Assembly (NCBI GenBank): GCA_030550775.1
Contig: JAUQOS010000001.1
Location: 19,259 to 83,258, forward strand
Direction of reading: 5' to 3'
DNA from: Armatimonadota bacterium
GTDB taxonomy: Bacteria; Armatimonadota; Fimbriimonadia; Fimbriimonadales; GBS-DC
Length of the DNA stretch: 64,000 bases
Part shown: positions 35,279 through 47,260 of the stretch, one piece after another
Layout of the letters: each line of letters starts with the position of its first letter
Numbering within the stretch: the stretch's first letter is position 1
The notes under the pieces: model-generated
What the model was told of the DNA's origin: nothing
The model's database searches: none
The model's input: only the letters and a program-made list of their open reading frames with translations
Made by a program: the position numbers and the translations under genes

Positions 35279-35697
35279 AATGGTGGCTGAGGCGGATTAC
35301 CCGCCGCGTTGACCGTGATTTCGCGCTCGGTGATGTTGCCTGCGCCGTCCACCGCGCGCAGCTGCACACGCACGCGCCCCGCCACGCCGTTCCACTGAGC
35401 CTGAAAATCGCCCTGATAGACGCCCTGCGTGAAACTTAGTGAAACGCTGGCTTGCGTGTTGTCGGGGTAGATGAGTGTTGCTTGCACACTGGCAACGCCC
35501 GAGCGATCATCTGTAACGCTGGCGCGGATCCGAGCGTTCGTGCCGACCGTCAGCAGACTTGGTTCCACGCTCAGGTTCGTGATGAGCGGTGCCGTTGTGT
35601 CGGGGGCTGGAAGCGGCGCGCCACCACCCCCACCGCCGCCACAAGCAAGCGCAAACAGCGCAAATACACCAATTAACCCATTTCGGAAGGCACGCAT
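35275..35697 (-). CDS. Small lipoprotein with Ig-like domain
   Basis: Lipobox FALAC|GGGGGGG. Ig-like body ([26 protein letters not shown]...). SD AAGGAGAA. The start is 10 nt after the WD40 gene stop. Confidence 0.65.
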   Translation of the reverse strand: MRAFRNGLIGVFALFALACGGGGGGGAPLPAPDTTAPLITNLSVEPSLLTVGTNARIRASVTDDRSGVASVQATLIYPDNTQASVSLSFTQGVYQGDFQAQWNGVAGRVRVQLRAVDGAGNITEREITVNAAGNPPQPPF

Positions 35698-35707
35698 AGG
35701 CTTCTCC

Positions 35708-38700
35708 TTAGCGCGTTAGGATTAGCGGTACCACCGCGCGGGCTGTTTGACCATCTTCTGATTGCGCCGTCAACTGCACCAAGTAGTTGCCCGGCGGCAG
35801 AGCGCGCCCAGCATCGTCGCGTCCATCCCACACGGCTTGCACGGCACTGCCCGAGCGGGTGGCAATCAAGGGCAGCGTACGCACAACGCGCCCTGCAGCA
35901 AGAATGCGCACTTGCAACTGGGCAGCGGTCGTGAGAGTTGCCTGAATCGTAAACTGTCCGTTGGTACTGCGTCCGCCTTGCACGGCGGGCTGGAGAATGC
36001 GCAAGATGGCTTGGGTGCGGCTGGGCTCGATGCGGAAGCGGAACACCCCACCTTCAGCGGGTGCCGTGAAAGTATAGCGTGGGCTGCCTCGCAGGGGTAT
36101 AGCGCGCCCTGTTTGCGTGTCCACCAACACCAGCGCCACAGCATGCGGTAGGTATGCCCAGTCAGGCAGTACCAGCTCCACTGTCTGCGGCGCGTTGCTG
36201 GGCGCAACCGCCACTTCCAGCTCCCATTCGGGGCGCTCGTGGCTGCTACGCACTTCCGCACTGAGCGCGGCTTGCCCACGCCGCAGACGCAGCTGCAACG
36301 GCGAGTGCGACTCTGGCGCAGATGGCGGCGCGGGGGCGCGCAACGCACTGCCCACGCCAATTACCACCTCATCGCTGAACGCTCCTACACGCGCCTGCAC
36401 GCGCAGTGACCAGCCCCGCGCAGTGGTTTCTATACTCCGTCCCGCGCGCCCGCCCGCACTCGGTGCCACGACAAGCTCACATGGCTCCCACGCTAAGAGC
36501 CACATGCCTGCCCCCGAAGGCACCGCGCCTTGCGCACTGGGCACCTCGCGTGGGTCGTACACCAGTTCGTAGCGTCGCTGGGTGCTGTTCCACACCCACG
36601 CATAGGGTTCCAACCAGCCTGCCATGGCTCCCTCACGTAAGGGGCGCGTTTCTCCGCCCCGACGCACGCGCAACTGACTTAGCTCCCACGCCAGCGGCGT
36701 CAAGTACGGGTTGCTAACAAAGTTCCAACCGACACCCAGCGGAATCACCACCTCGCCCGAGATGGGCACCCCACTGAATTCTGGCTGCACAGGAGCGTCT
36801 GCCTTGACAAAGTAGCCCCTCCCGATTTGGAGCTGGGTTACATCCCGATATTGCTGAGTTTGGGCATCCCACTCCACAACACGCGCCATGCCCAAATTGA
36901 GTGCGCTTAGGCTGGCGTCAGGCACTTGCAAAGTTAGCCCGATGCTTTGTACGCCCTGCAGTTGGCGCGGCACCGCAGCGCTAACCGAGATGACACGCGG
37001 CTCGCTCCAGTTACTATAGTTGTTCGCACTGTCGCGTGCACGGGCACGCCACTGCCCACTGCCTTCGGGCAACGCTTGGGCGATGGGCACGCGCCATACC
37101 GCCTCCTGACCGCTGTTGACCGCATCAGTGGTGAAGCTAAACATCCGCCCTCCGATGGCTATCTCTATTTCGAACTGCACGCGGTCGTTGTCGGGGTCGT
37201 CTGCTTGTAAACGGAAGGTCGGCGTGGGCGAAGTGGTTGCCCCGCTTGCAGGCGCGCGCAACACAGGCGTTGTGGGCGGGCGATTGGCAGGTGGGTTATC
37301 ACCACTGTTGCCACCGCCACCACCACCGCCATTGCCGCCACCGTCGTCGCCATCCCCGCCACCATTATTGCCGCCACCGTTGTCGCCAGAGGGCACTTGG
37401 AATGTCCACCACTCGGTCCAATCGCTCACGCCGTCGCGGTTATCAACGGCTCGGGCACGCCACTGGTGCGTGCCTGCTGGAAGCGGTTGGGTATTGGGCA
37501 CGACGATGGTGAATTCGCTGCCAGAGGCTTGGAACGCGCTTTCCTGTAGGCGTGTTGTATTGTCCGCGAGGCGGATTTCGATGCGCACTTTCACTTGGTC
37601 GTTATCGGGGTCGGTGGCGCGCAGGCGGAAGGTGGGCGTGGACGTGGTGGATGCACCATTTTGCGGTTCGAGGCGTTCGGGGGGCGACGGGGGGCGGTTC
37701 GGTTGCGGTACAGTGAATTCCCGCGCCTCCGTCCAGTCGCTTTCTGCACTGAACTCGTCTTCGGCTCTAGCTTGCCAAGTGTAGGTGCCTGGTGCCAGCG
37801 GCTCGCTGGGCGAGAGACGCACCTCTGCCCCAGAGTCCACGAAACCAGAAGTTAGAGTCAGCTCAAAGCCGTTCGCACCGCTAACGCGGATGACCACGCG
37901 ACAGCGGTCGTGTTCGGGATCTGTAAGGCGCACGCGGAACTGGGGGCGGTCGTTGGTGGTTGCGCCCGCCGCGGGTTCGAGAATTTCAGGCTTGCTGGGA
38001 GGTTGGTTGTTTACTGTAAATGTTCGGGTATCGCTCCAGTTGCTTACAGCATTCAGCGAGTCGAGGGCACGTGCGCGCCAAGTGGCGATGCCTGGGCGCA
38101 GGGGGGCGTTTAGGGTGAGTGTGAACTCGCTACCACTGGGTTGGGGCTCACTGCGGAGCACACGCCTCTGCCCGCCTTGGTCCACCTCCAGTTCCACCAC
38201 AAGCGCATCGCCGTCGGGGTCGGTGGCGCGTACTCGAAAGCTGGGGCTGCGCCCAACGGTTGCGTCATTCGGAGGCTCCAGCAACTCCGGCACGCTGGGC
38301 GGTCGGTTCAGCGTCTCGGTGAATTGCAGCAGCACGATGCCCTCATCGCCCCCGGCGAGCAGGTAGCGCCCATCGGCACTCACTGCCAGCGTGGCAATGC
38401 GGGCGGGCGTGGGCTGCCACTGCCCAACCAGCGTGCCCGTAGAGACCTCATACAGGCGCACATACCCCGTGCCGTCGGTTGTAAAAAGTCGCTGGTCATC
38501 CACGAACGCCACCGCTGTCGCCCCAAACTCGTGCCCCACAAGGGGGGGCGCGAGAGCGTCGCCAGTGGTACTTCGCACGCGCACAGTGCCATCCGCGCTG
38601 CCCGATGCTACCAGAGAGCCGTCTGGTGAAAAAGCAAGGCACAACACAGCTTCTGTGTGCCCCTCCAAAGTGCGCAACAGCTGCCCGTTGCTAGCGTTCC

Positions 38701-40114
38701 ACAAACGCACCTGCCCCGCAGCATCGCCTGTGGCAATAACGCCCGCTCCGTAAGCCACTGCAAGGGCACCGCCCGCGTGTCCAGCTAAGGTTCGCAGCAG
38801 CGTGCCTGTAGCGGGGTTCCACACTCTGGCGGTGCCGTCCACACTGCCGCTTACCAACTGCCCTCCATCGGGCGAGTAGGCAAGGCTCACAATCGCTTCG
38901 GTGTGGGCGTTCCACTGGCGCAACCGCGCGCCATCTGCAAGCGCATAGACTGTGATGTGCCCGTTCCAATCGCCCACTGCCAGCATAGCACCATCGGGCG
39001 AAACCGCAACGGCTTGAATGTCTGTGTCGTGCGTGATTGATGCCCCTACCGCCCCACCTGTATCAAATGCCCAGAAGCGCACTGTGCCATCGTTGCTGGC
39101 AGACCATATAAGGTTATTCGCTGCGAAGCCCACACCCACTACAGGGGCCTGATGCCCGCCTAAAGTGGCTTGCCGCGTACCAGTTGCGGGGTTCCACAGG
39201 TGGACTTGCTGGTCAAACCCGCTTGTTGCCAGCGTGTTGCCCCCTGGATGCAGCGCCATGCTAACAATGCCCGCGGCGTGGGCGTCAAACTCGCCTGCAG
39301 GGTCACCTGTAGCCGGGCTCCAACCCCGCACCTTGCCGTCCATGCCCCCCGCAGAATAGAGCAGTGATGCACTGGCGTAGATCAAGCGCGCCACACTCCC
39401 GACATGGGCATTCATCACATGAGCAAGCACCCACTCCCCTGCAAAGTTGCGCGCCCACAGCCGGATTTGTCCATCTTCCGAAGCGGTGGCGATGCGCGTG
39501 CCGTCGGGCGACCAAGCAACCGCCGTTGCTGCTCCCACGTGGGCTTGCCAAGTGTAGTTTTGGAGCGTACCGCCAGCAATCTGCCAAGTGCGTGCGATAC
39601 CCGCCTCATCAACGCTTACCAACTCTTCGCCGTTCGGTGCAAGGGCGATGGCGCGCACCGTTTCTATATGCCCCATCAAGGTGCGCTCCAGCGCGCCTGT
39701 ACTCGCGTTGCGCAGTTCCAACCGCCCCTCGCTGCCCCCTACAGCCACCCAGTTCGCACCTGCACGAACGAGGCAAACCCCCATCGCCGCGCCTGTTGGT
39801 ACCTGCCATGTCAGCGTGCCTGTGCTCACCTGCCAACGCAGCAGCTGACCGTCGGTGGTAAGCGCAAGCACCGCCTGACTATCCGACGAGAACACAAGAT
39901 CGGCAATCGGTGCCTCATTCCCTTCCAAGAAGCGCACCAGTTGCCCACCCTGATACAAGGCAACCCGATTGCCCACCGTAGGCGTTGCTAACCACTGCCC
40001 GTCTGGCGAATAGGCAACCGCTTGTCCGCTCAAAATCGGTTGACGCCATACCACCTGCTGGCTCCATCCAAGCGCCAGCCACCACAGCCCCACAACGATT
40101 GCCAGCCCTCGCAT
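35708..40114 (-). CDS. Secreted 1468-aa WD40 (double beta-propeller) protein with four tandem Ig-like modules and a FlgD-Ig-like C-terminus
   Basis: Signal MRGLAIVVGLWWLALGWS. About 14 WD40 units (GH...V..LAFSPDG..L.SGS.DGT.R.W) span aa 25-600. Four ~105-aa modules span aa 603-1043. A Gly/Asn/Asp linker spans aa 909-941. The C-terminus VWDGRDDAGRALPPGNYLVQL is FlgD-Ig-like. Confidence 0.85.
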   Translation of the reverse strand: MRGLAIVVGLWWLALGWSQQVVWRQPILSGQAVAYSPDGQWLATPTVGNRVALYQGGQLVRFLEGNEAPIADLVFSSDSQAVLALTTDGQLLRWQVSTGTLTWQVPTGAAMGVCLVRAGANWVAVGGSEGRLELRNASTGALERTLMGHIETVRAIALAPNGEELVSVDEAGIARTWQIAGGTLQNYTWQAHVGAATAVAWSPDGTRIATASEDGQIRLWARNFAGEWVLAHVMNAHVGSVARLIYASASLLYSAGGMDGKVRGWSPATGDPAGEFDAHAAGIVSMALHPGGNTLATSGFDQQVHLWNPATGTRQATLGGHQAPVVGVGFAANNLIWSASNDGTVRFWAFDTGGAVGASITHDTDIQAVAVSPDGAMLAVGDWNGHITVYALADGARLRQWNAHTEAIVSLAYSPDGGQLVSGSVDGTARVWNPATGTLLRTLAGHAGGALAVAYGAGVIATGDAAGQVRLWNASNGQLLRTLEGHTEAVLCLAFSPDGSLVASGSADGTVRVRSTTGDALAPPLVGHEFGATAVAFVDDQRLFTTDGTGYVRLYEVSTGTLVGQWQPTPARIATLAVSADGRYLLAGGDEGIVLLQFTETLNRPPSVPELLEPPNDATVGRSPSFRVRATDPDGDALVVELEVDQGGQRRVLRSEPQPSGSEFTLTLNAPLRPGIATWRARALDSLNAVSNWSDTRTFTVNNQPPSKPEILEPAAGATTNDRPQFRVRLTDPEHDRCRVVIRVSGANGFELTLTSGFVDSGAEVRLSPSEPLAPGTYTWQARAEDEFSAESDWTEAREFTVPQPNRPPSPPERLEPQNGASTTSTPTFRLRATDPDNDQVKVRIEIRLADNTTRLQESAFQASGSEFTIVVPNTQPLPAGTHQWRARAVDNRDGVSDWTEWWTFQVPSGDNGGGNNGGGDGDDGGGNGGGGGGGNSGDNPPANRPPTTPVLRAPASGATTSPTPTFRLQADDPDNDRVQFEIEIAIGGRMFSFTTDAVNSGQEAVWRVPIAQALPEGSGQWRARARDSANNYSNWSEPRVISVSAAVPRQLQGVQSIGLTLQVPDASLSALNLGMARVVEWDAQTQQYRDVTQLQIGRGYFVKADAPVQPEFSGVPISGEVVIPLGVGWNFVSNPYLTPLAWELSQLRVRRGGETRPLREGAMAGWLEPYAWVWNSTQRRYELVYDPREVPSAQGAVPSGAGMWLLAWEPCELVVAPSAGGRAGRSIETTARGWSLRVQARVGAFSDEVVIGVGSALRAPAPPSAPESHSPLQLRLRRGQAALSAEVRSSHERPEWELEVAVAPSNAPQTVELVLPDWAYLPHAVALVLVDTQTGRAIPLRGSPRYTFTAPAEGGVFRFRIEPSRTQAILRILQPAVQGGRSTNGQFTIQATLTTAAQLQVRILAAGRVVRTLPLIATRSGSAVQAVWDGRDDAGRALPPGNYLVQLTAQSEDGQTARAVVPLILTR
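36986..38308 (-). repeat. Four tandem ~315-nt coding repeats inside the WD40 gene
   Basis: The protein modules share NRPP..P.LLEP..GATT...P.FR.RATDPD.D.V...I....................G.EF.........PG...W.ARA.D.....S.WSE...F.V. A (GCCACC)n-like poly-Gly coding stretch at 37292-37390 separates modules 3 and 4. Confidence 0.75.
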
Positions 40115-40247
40115 GCCAACAGAATTATCGGCAGCAAATCTCAGGGGTGTAGTGGGTAACTACAGGGGTATAGTGCCCTACCTTAGCCTGCAACGCGGCT
40201 GCTAAATCTTCTTCCGAACCCCCTTCAGCAGGTATACTCCAACGGAG

Positions 40248-40922
40248 GTGAGAACCGACATGAGCCGCGAGTTTCTGGCGTTGGCACAAGACAAACTGCG
40301 CGATTTGCAAATGGAAGCGCGCGCCGAAGGCGTGCGCCTCGGCGAACTGCGCAAAATCAATAAAGACTTCGCCAATGCCTACCGCTTCCGACACATGCGC
40401 GTGTTCTATAAAGAGCCGCTCAAACTGCGCTTAGAATCGGAAGTTCAAGGGCAACGGATTACTTACATTCTCAACGGGGGGCAGAAGTTGGTGATTGCGC
40501 CGCGCCAACGCGTGCGCGAAGATGTGTCTAACTCCCCAGGCAAAAAACAAACCCCGATGGATTTCGGCTTTTTCACACCCTCTGTGGCGCGCCAATTTGA
40601 TGTGAAGTTCCTGCGCGAAGAACGCGAAAACGGCATTTTGTACTTAGTCTTTGAGTTGCAGTGGAACTATGGCGACGATGATGCCCGCCATATCGTCTGG
40701 ATAGACCCTGAACGCCGCTACTCTGCACGACGCGTGTGGTACAGCCGTACAGGTCGCTACCGTGCCCGCTTTGAATACAAAGACCCCGTTGAGGCTGCTC
40801 CCGGTATCTGGATTCCTAGCAAGATCGAAGTGTACAATGTTGACCAGCGCTTCGGCGGGCGTACCGTGAACACTAACATTCGCGTCAATCAAGGTCTCGA
40901 TGACAGGCTCTTCGACGTCTGA
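40248..40922 (+). CDS. Hypothetical protein (possibly LolA-like beta-sheet fold; weak)
   Basis: 224-aa ORF. GGTATACT (40231-40238) lies 9 nt upstream of GTG 40248. The alternative start ATG 40260 follows GGAGG. No signal peptide seen. Confidence 0.55.
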   Translation: MRTDMSREFLALAQDKLRDLQMEARAEGVRLGELRKINKDFANAYRFRHMRVFYKEPLKLRLESEVQGQRITYILNGGQKLVIAPRQRVREDVSNSPGKKQTPMDFGFFTPSVARQFDVKFLREERENGILYLVFELQWNYGDDDARHIVWIDPERRYSARRVWYSRTGRYRARFEYKDPVEAAPGIWIPSKIEVYNVDQRFGGRTVNTNIRVNQGLDDRLFDV

Positions 40923-41658
40923 ATCGTTTGAGGCGATTGCGCCATACTACGACTTGCTCATGCAGAGCATCCCCTACCTGTGGTGGATGCACTATGTGGA
41001 AACGCTGCTGGAGCACTTCAACCGCACCGCCCACAAGGTGCTGGATTTGTGCTGCGGCACGGGCAACCTCAGCGAACTGTTAGCACTCAGCGGCTACGAG
41101 GTGGTGGGCGTAGATAAATCGCCCGCAATGATTGAACAGGCGCGGCGCAAAGCCGACGCAAACCACAGCGGCGTGCGTTACTATGTGCAAGACGCTGCAC
41201 AACTGAAACTGAACGAAACTTTTGACCTCATCGTGAGCCTGTTCGATAGCCTCAACTATATCACAGAGCCAACAGAGTTCGCTGAAACGATGCGGCGCGC
41301 CCACATCCACCTAAACCCCGAAGGCGTGTTTATATTTGACCTCAACACAGAATACGCCTTCGTGCAAAAGCTGTTCGACCAGTCGCTGCTAGAACCAAAC
41401 GCCCCCCTGCGCTACCGCTGGCGCAGCCAATACGACAAACAAACGCGCCTGTGCACCGTGCAGATGGAGTTTTGGGTTCGCGAGGGCGAGGCTGAACGCT
41501 ACTTCACCGAAACCCATGTGCAGCGCGCCTACCCCGAACCAGAAGTGCGCCAAATGCTACACGATGCAGGCTTCCCCGAAGTGCATACCTTCGACGCCTA
41601 CACCCTCGCCCCACCTACCCGCCGCAGCGACCGCATCTTTTATGTGGCGTTGCGCTAA
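40900..41658 (+). CDS. Class I SAM-dependent methyltransferase
   Basis: Motif I VLDLCCGTGNLSELLA, post-I VVGVDKSPAMI, motif II/III YVQDAAQL...FDLIVSLFDSLNY. Confidence 0.8.
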   Translation: MTGSSTSESFEAIAPYYDLLMQSIPYLWWMHYVETLLEHFNRTAHKVLDLCCGTGNLSELLALSGYEVVGVDKSPAMIEQARRKADANHSGVRYYVQDAAQLKLNETFDLIVSLFDSLNYITEPTEFAETMRRAHIHLNPEGVFIFDLNTEYAFVQKLFDQSLLEPNAPLRYRWRSQYDKQTRLCTVQMEFWVREGEAERYFTETHVQRAYPEPEVRQMLHDAGFPEVHTFDAYTLAPPTRRSDRIFYVALR

Positions 41659-41689
41659 TCCCGCACAGATTTATAGGCTTTGAAAAGTC

Positions 41690-41713
41690 GCAACCGATGC
41701 CGTAATCGGTTGC
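41690..41713 (+). terminator. Candidate stem-loop terminator after the methyltransferase gene
   Basis: GCAACCGAT gccgta ATCGGTTGC, a perfect 9-bp stem 32 nt after the stop. There is no U-tract, so function is uncertain. Confidence 0.35.
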
Positions 41714-41812
41714 CTGCAGCGCAAAACAAAGGGATGACAGTATGCTTTTACGAGCAAAAGTGTTGTCATTCCCAATCGCGGGCGAGAAAGCTCTGCAGCC
41801 CCTCGCTACGCT

Positions 41813-42118
41813 CTGATAAGGGTACAACGCATAGGTTCAACTCGGCTGTACCAACAACCAACTTGGCTCCCTCAACCCTCTTACCCCCATCCGTGAGGTT
41901 CCTCCCCGCTTCGCGAGGGGAACCGAAAAACTCACTTGATTCCCCCAACGCCGTAGGGGGAACCGAAAAACGCTCTCGGCTCCCCCTACGCAGGAGGGGG
42001 AACCTGAAGGAGGGGGTTCGAGAAAAATCCGTCTCTGCCCCCTGCTTGAGGGGTTGCAAGTGGGGAAAAATGAGCCAGCGGCGCCCGAATTTGGTGTAGA
42101 ACCGTCTACCCTTATCAG
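41813..42118. mobile_element. Family-A MITE-like element, copy 2 (intact ends plus target duplication)
   Basis: Perfect 10-bp terminal inverted repeats: CTGATAAGGG (41813-41822) and CCCTTATCAG (42109-42118). Flanked by the direct repeat CTCGCTACGCTC (41802-41813 and 42119-42130). The interior holds three GGTTCC(C)CC...GGGGGAACC hairpins. Confidence 0.7.
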
Positions 42119-42235
42119 CTCGCTACGCTCGGGGTGACACAATCGGGACACCGCCTGCATCCCAGGCTCAATTGCGTGTTGGGTGGGCGTTGCCGTCAGT
42201 GAGGGTACGAATGTCAAGGCTTGCCCATGGCGTAA

Positions 42236-45792
<3,557 letters not shown>

Positions 45793-45847
45793 CTGACGAT
45801 TCGCGCCGATGCCAGTTTCTCCTTGCGTGAGGTATGCTAAGCGCAGC

Positions 45848-47260
45848 ATGCCAAGAGCGCGCACGCAGTATGTGTGCACGGAGTGTGGTTATACCACGCC
45901 GCGTTGGATGGGGCAGTGCCCTGAATGTGGTGCGTGGAACACACTGCAGGAGGAAACCGTCGCGCCCGCACGCGTAGCGGCAACACGACCTGCCAAAAGC
46001 ACACCCACGCCTACCGTGCACGCCCAGCCAATCGCAGCGTTGGGCGAGCTGGTGGAAGCACGCCTGCCCACGGGTATTGAGGAGTTCGACCGTGTGTTGG
46101 GGGGCGGGGTGGTGCCCGGTTCGCTGATTTTGCTGGGGGGCGAGCCAGGCATTGGCAAGAGCACGCTGTTGCTGCAGGCAGCGCAGGGGCTGACGCGTCA
46201 CGGCAAGGTACTCTACATCACAGGCGAGGAATCGCTGCGCCAGTTGCAAATCCGCGCTCGGCGCCTGCGCACGCTCAGCCCCAACCTGCGTGCCGCTGCC
46301 ACTGCCGATTTAGATGCTGCGCTCGGTCTGCTACTCACCGAGCAGCCGCGCGTCGCCGTTATCGACTCCATCCAAACGCTCTACTCGTCGCAGATTGACA
46401 ATCCCCCGGGTACCGTGTCGCAAATCCGCGCCTGTGCCACGGCACTCCAACAGGTAGCCAAAGAGCAAGAGATTGCGCTGTTTTTGATTGGGCATGTCAC
46501 CAAAGAGGGCGCCATTGCGGGTCCCAAAGTGCTGGAGCACTTGGTGGATGTGGTGCTTTACTTCGAGGGCGATCCGCAGGGGCTATTTCGGATTTTGCGC
46601 GCGACTAAGAACCGCTTCGGCGCGACCGACGAGGTGGGCGTGTTTGACATGCAAGCAGAGGGGCTGGTGGCGGTGCCCAACCCGTCGGAGCGGTTGCTGG
46701 CGGAGCGGGCGGTGGATGTGCCCGGCTCGGTGGTGTTCCCGCTGCTAGAAGGCAGTCGCGCGATTTTGGTGGAGATTCAAGCGCTGACCACGCCCTCGTT
46801 TCTCAACACGCCGCGTCGTGTGATTACAGGGCTTAGCTACGAGCGCGTGAGCTTGGTGTTGGCAGTGTTGGAGAAGCGGCTCGGCTTTCGGATGCTCTCG
46901 CACGATGTGTTTGTGAATGTGGCAGGGGGCGTGCGCGTGTGTGAGCCAGCGGCAGATTTGGCGGTGCTGGTGGCAGTGGCGTCGGCGATGCGCAACCGCG
47001 CCTTGCGCAGCGACTTGGTGGTGTTTGGTGAGGTGGGCTTGGGGGGCGAGGTGCGTGGTGTGCCGCGCTTAGAAACACGCCTTCAAGAGGCGGCGCGATT
47101 GGGCTTTCGCTATGCGATTGTGCCGCGCAGCAACCTCCAACGCCCTCACGAGCGGCTGCCCCTCACAGCGCTGCCCGCACGCACGGCTCAAGAGGCAGTG
47201 GGGCTTGCGCTCGGCAGCTCCCGCGAGGAAGCTACCGAGCCAGAGTCGCCGTTTGACTAA
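45848..47260 (+). CDS. radA: DNA repair protein RadA
   Basis: Zn finger YVCTECGYTTPRWMGQCPECGAWNT, Walker A GGEPGIGKST, KNRFG motif and a Lon-like C-terminus. GGTATGCT lies 9 nt upstream of ATG 45848. Confidence 0.95.
   Translation: MPRARTQYVCTECGYTTPRWMGQCPECGAWNTLQEETVAPARVAATRPAKSTPTPTVHAQPIAALGELVEARLPTGIEEFDRVLGGGVVPGSLILLGGEPGIGKSTLLLQAAQGLTRHGKVLYITGEESLRQLQIRARRLRTLSPNLRAAATADLDAALGLLLTEQPRVAVIDSIQTLYSSQIDNPPGTVSQIRACATALQQVAKEQEIALFLIGHVTKEGAIAGPKVLEHLVDVVLYFEGDPQGLFRILRATKNRFGATDEVGVFDMQAEGLVAVPNPSERLLAERAVDVPGSVVFPLLEGSRAILVEIQALTTPSFLNTPRRVITGLSYERVSLVLAVLEKRLGFRMLSHDVFVNVAGGVRVCEPAADLAVLVAVASAMRNRALRSDLVVFGEVGLGGEVRGVPRLETRLQEAARLGFRYAIVPRSNLQRPHERLPLTALPARTAQEAVGLALGSSREEATEPESPFD

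Noticed and set aside
37292-37390. GCCACC-rich tract considered as a slippage-prone contingency locus
   Set aside because: The repeat is imperfect, mixing GGC, GGT, AAT and GAC codons. It encodes a plausible flexible G/N/D linker between protein modules, and no homopolymer or perfect microsatellite is present.
40125-40394. 89-aa minus-strand ORF in the WD40/40248 divergent region
   Set aside because: It overlaps the 5' end of the plus-strand gene and the leaderless promoter of the WD40 gene. It has no motifs and no start context.
41895-42010. Possible mini-CRISPR, from GGTTCC..GGGGAACC units recurring every ~35-45 nt
   Set aside because: There are only 2-3 units. The units are themselves palindromic hairpins of variable sequence. 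The supposed spacers are conserved between element copies. No cas genes are present. It is better explained as a MITE-like element.
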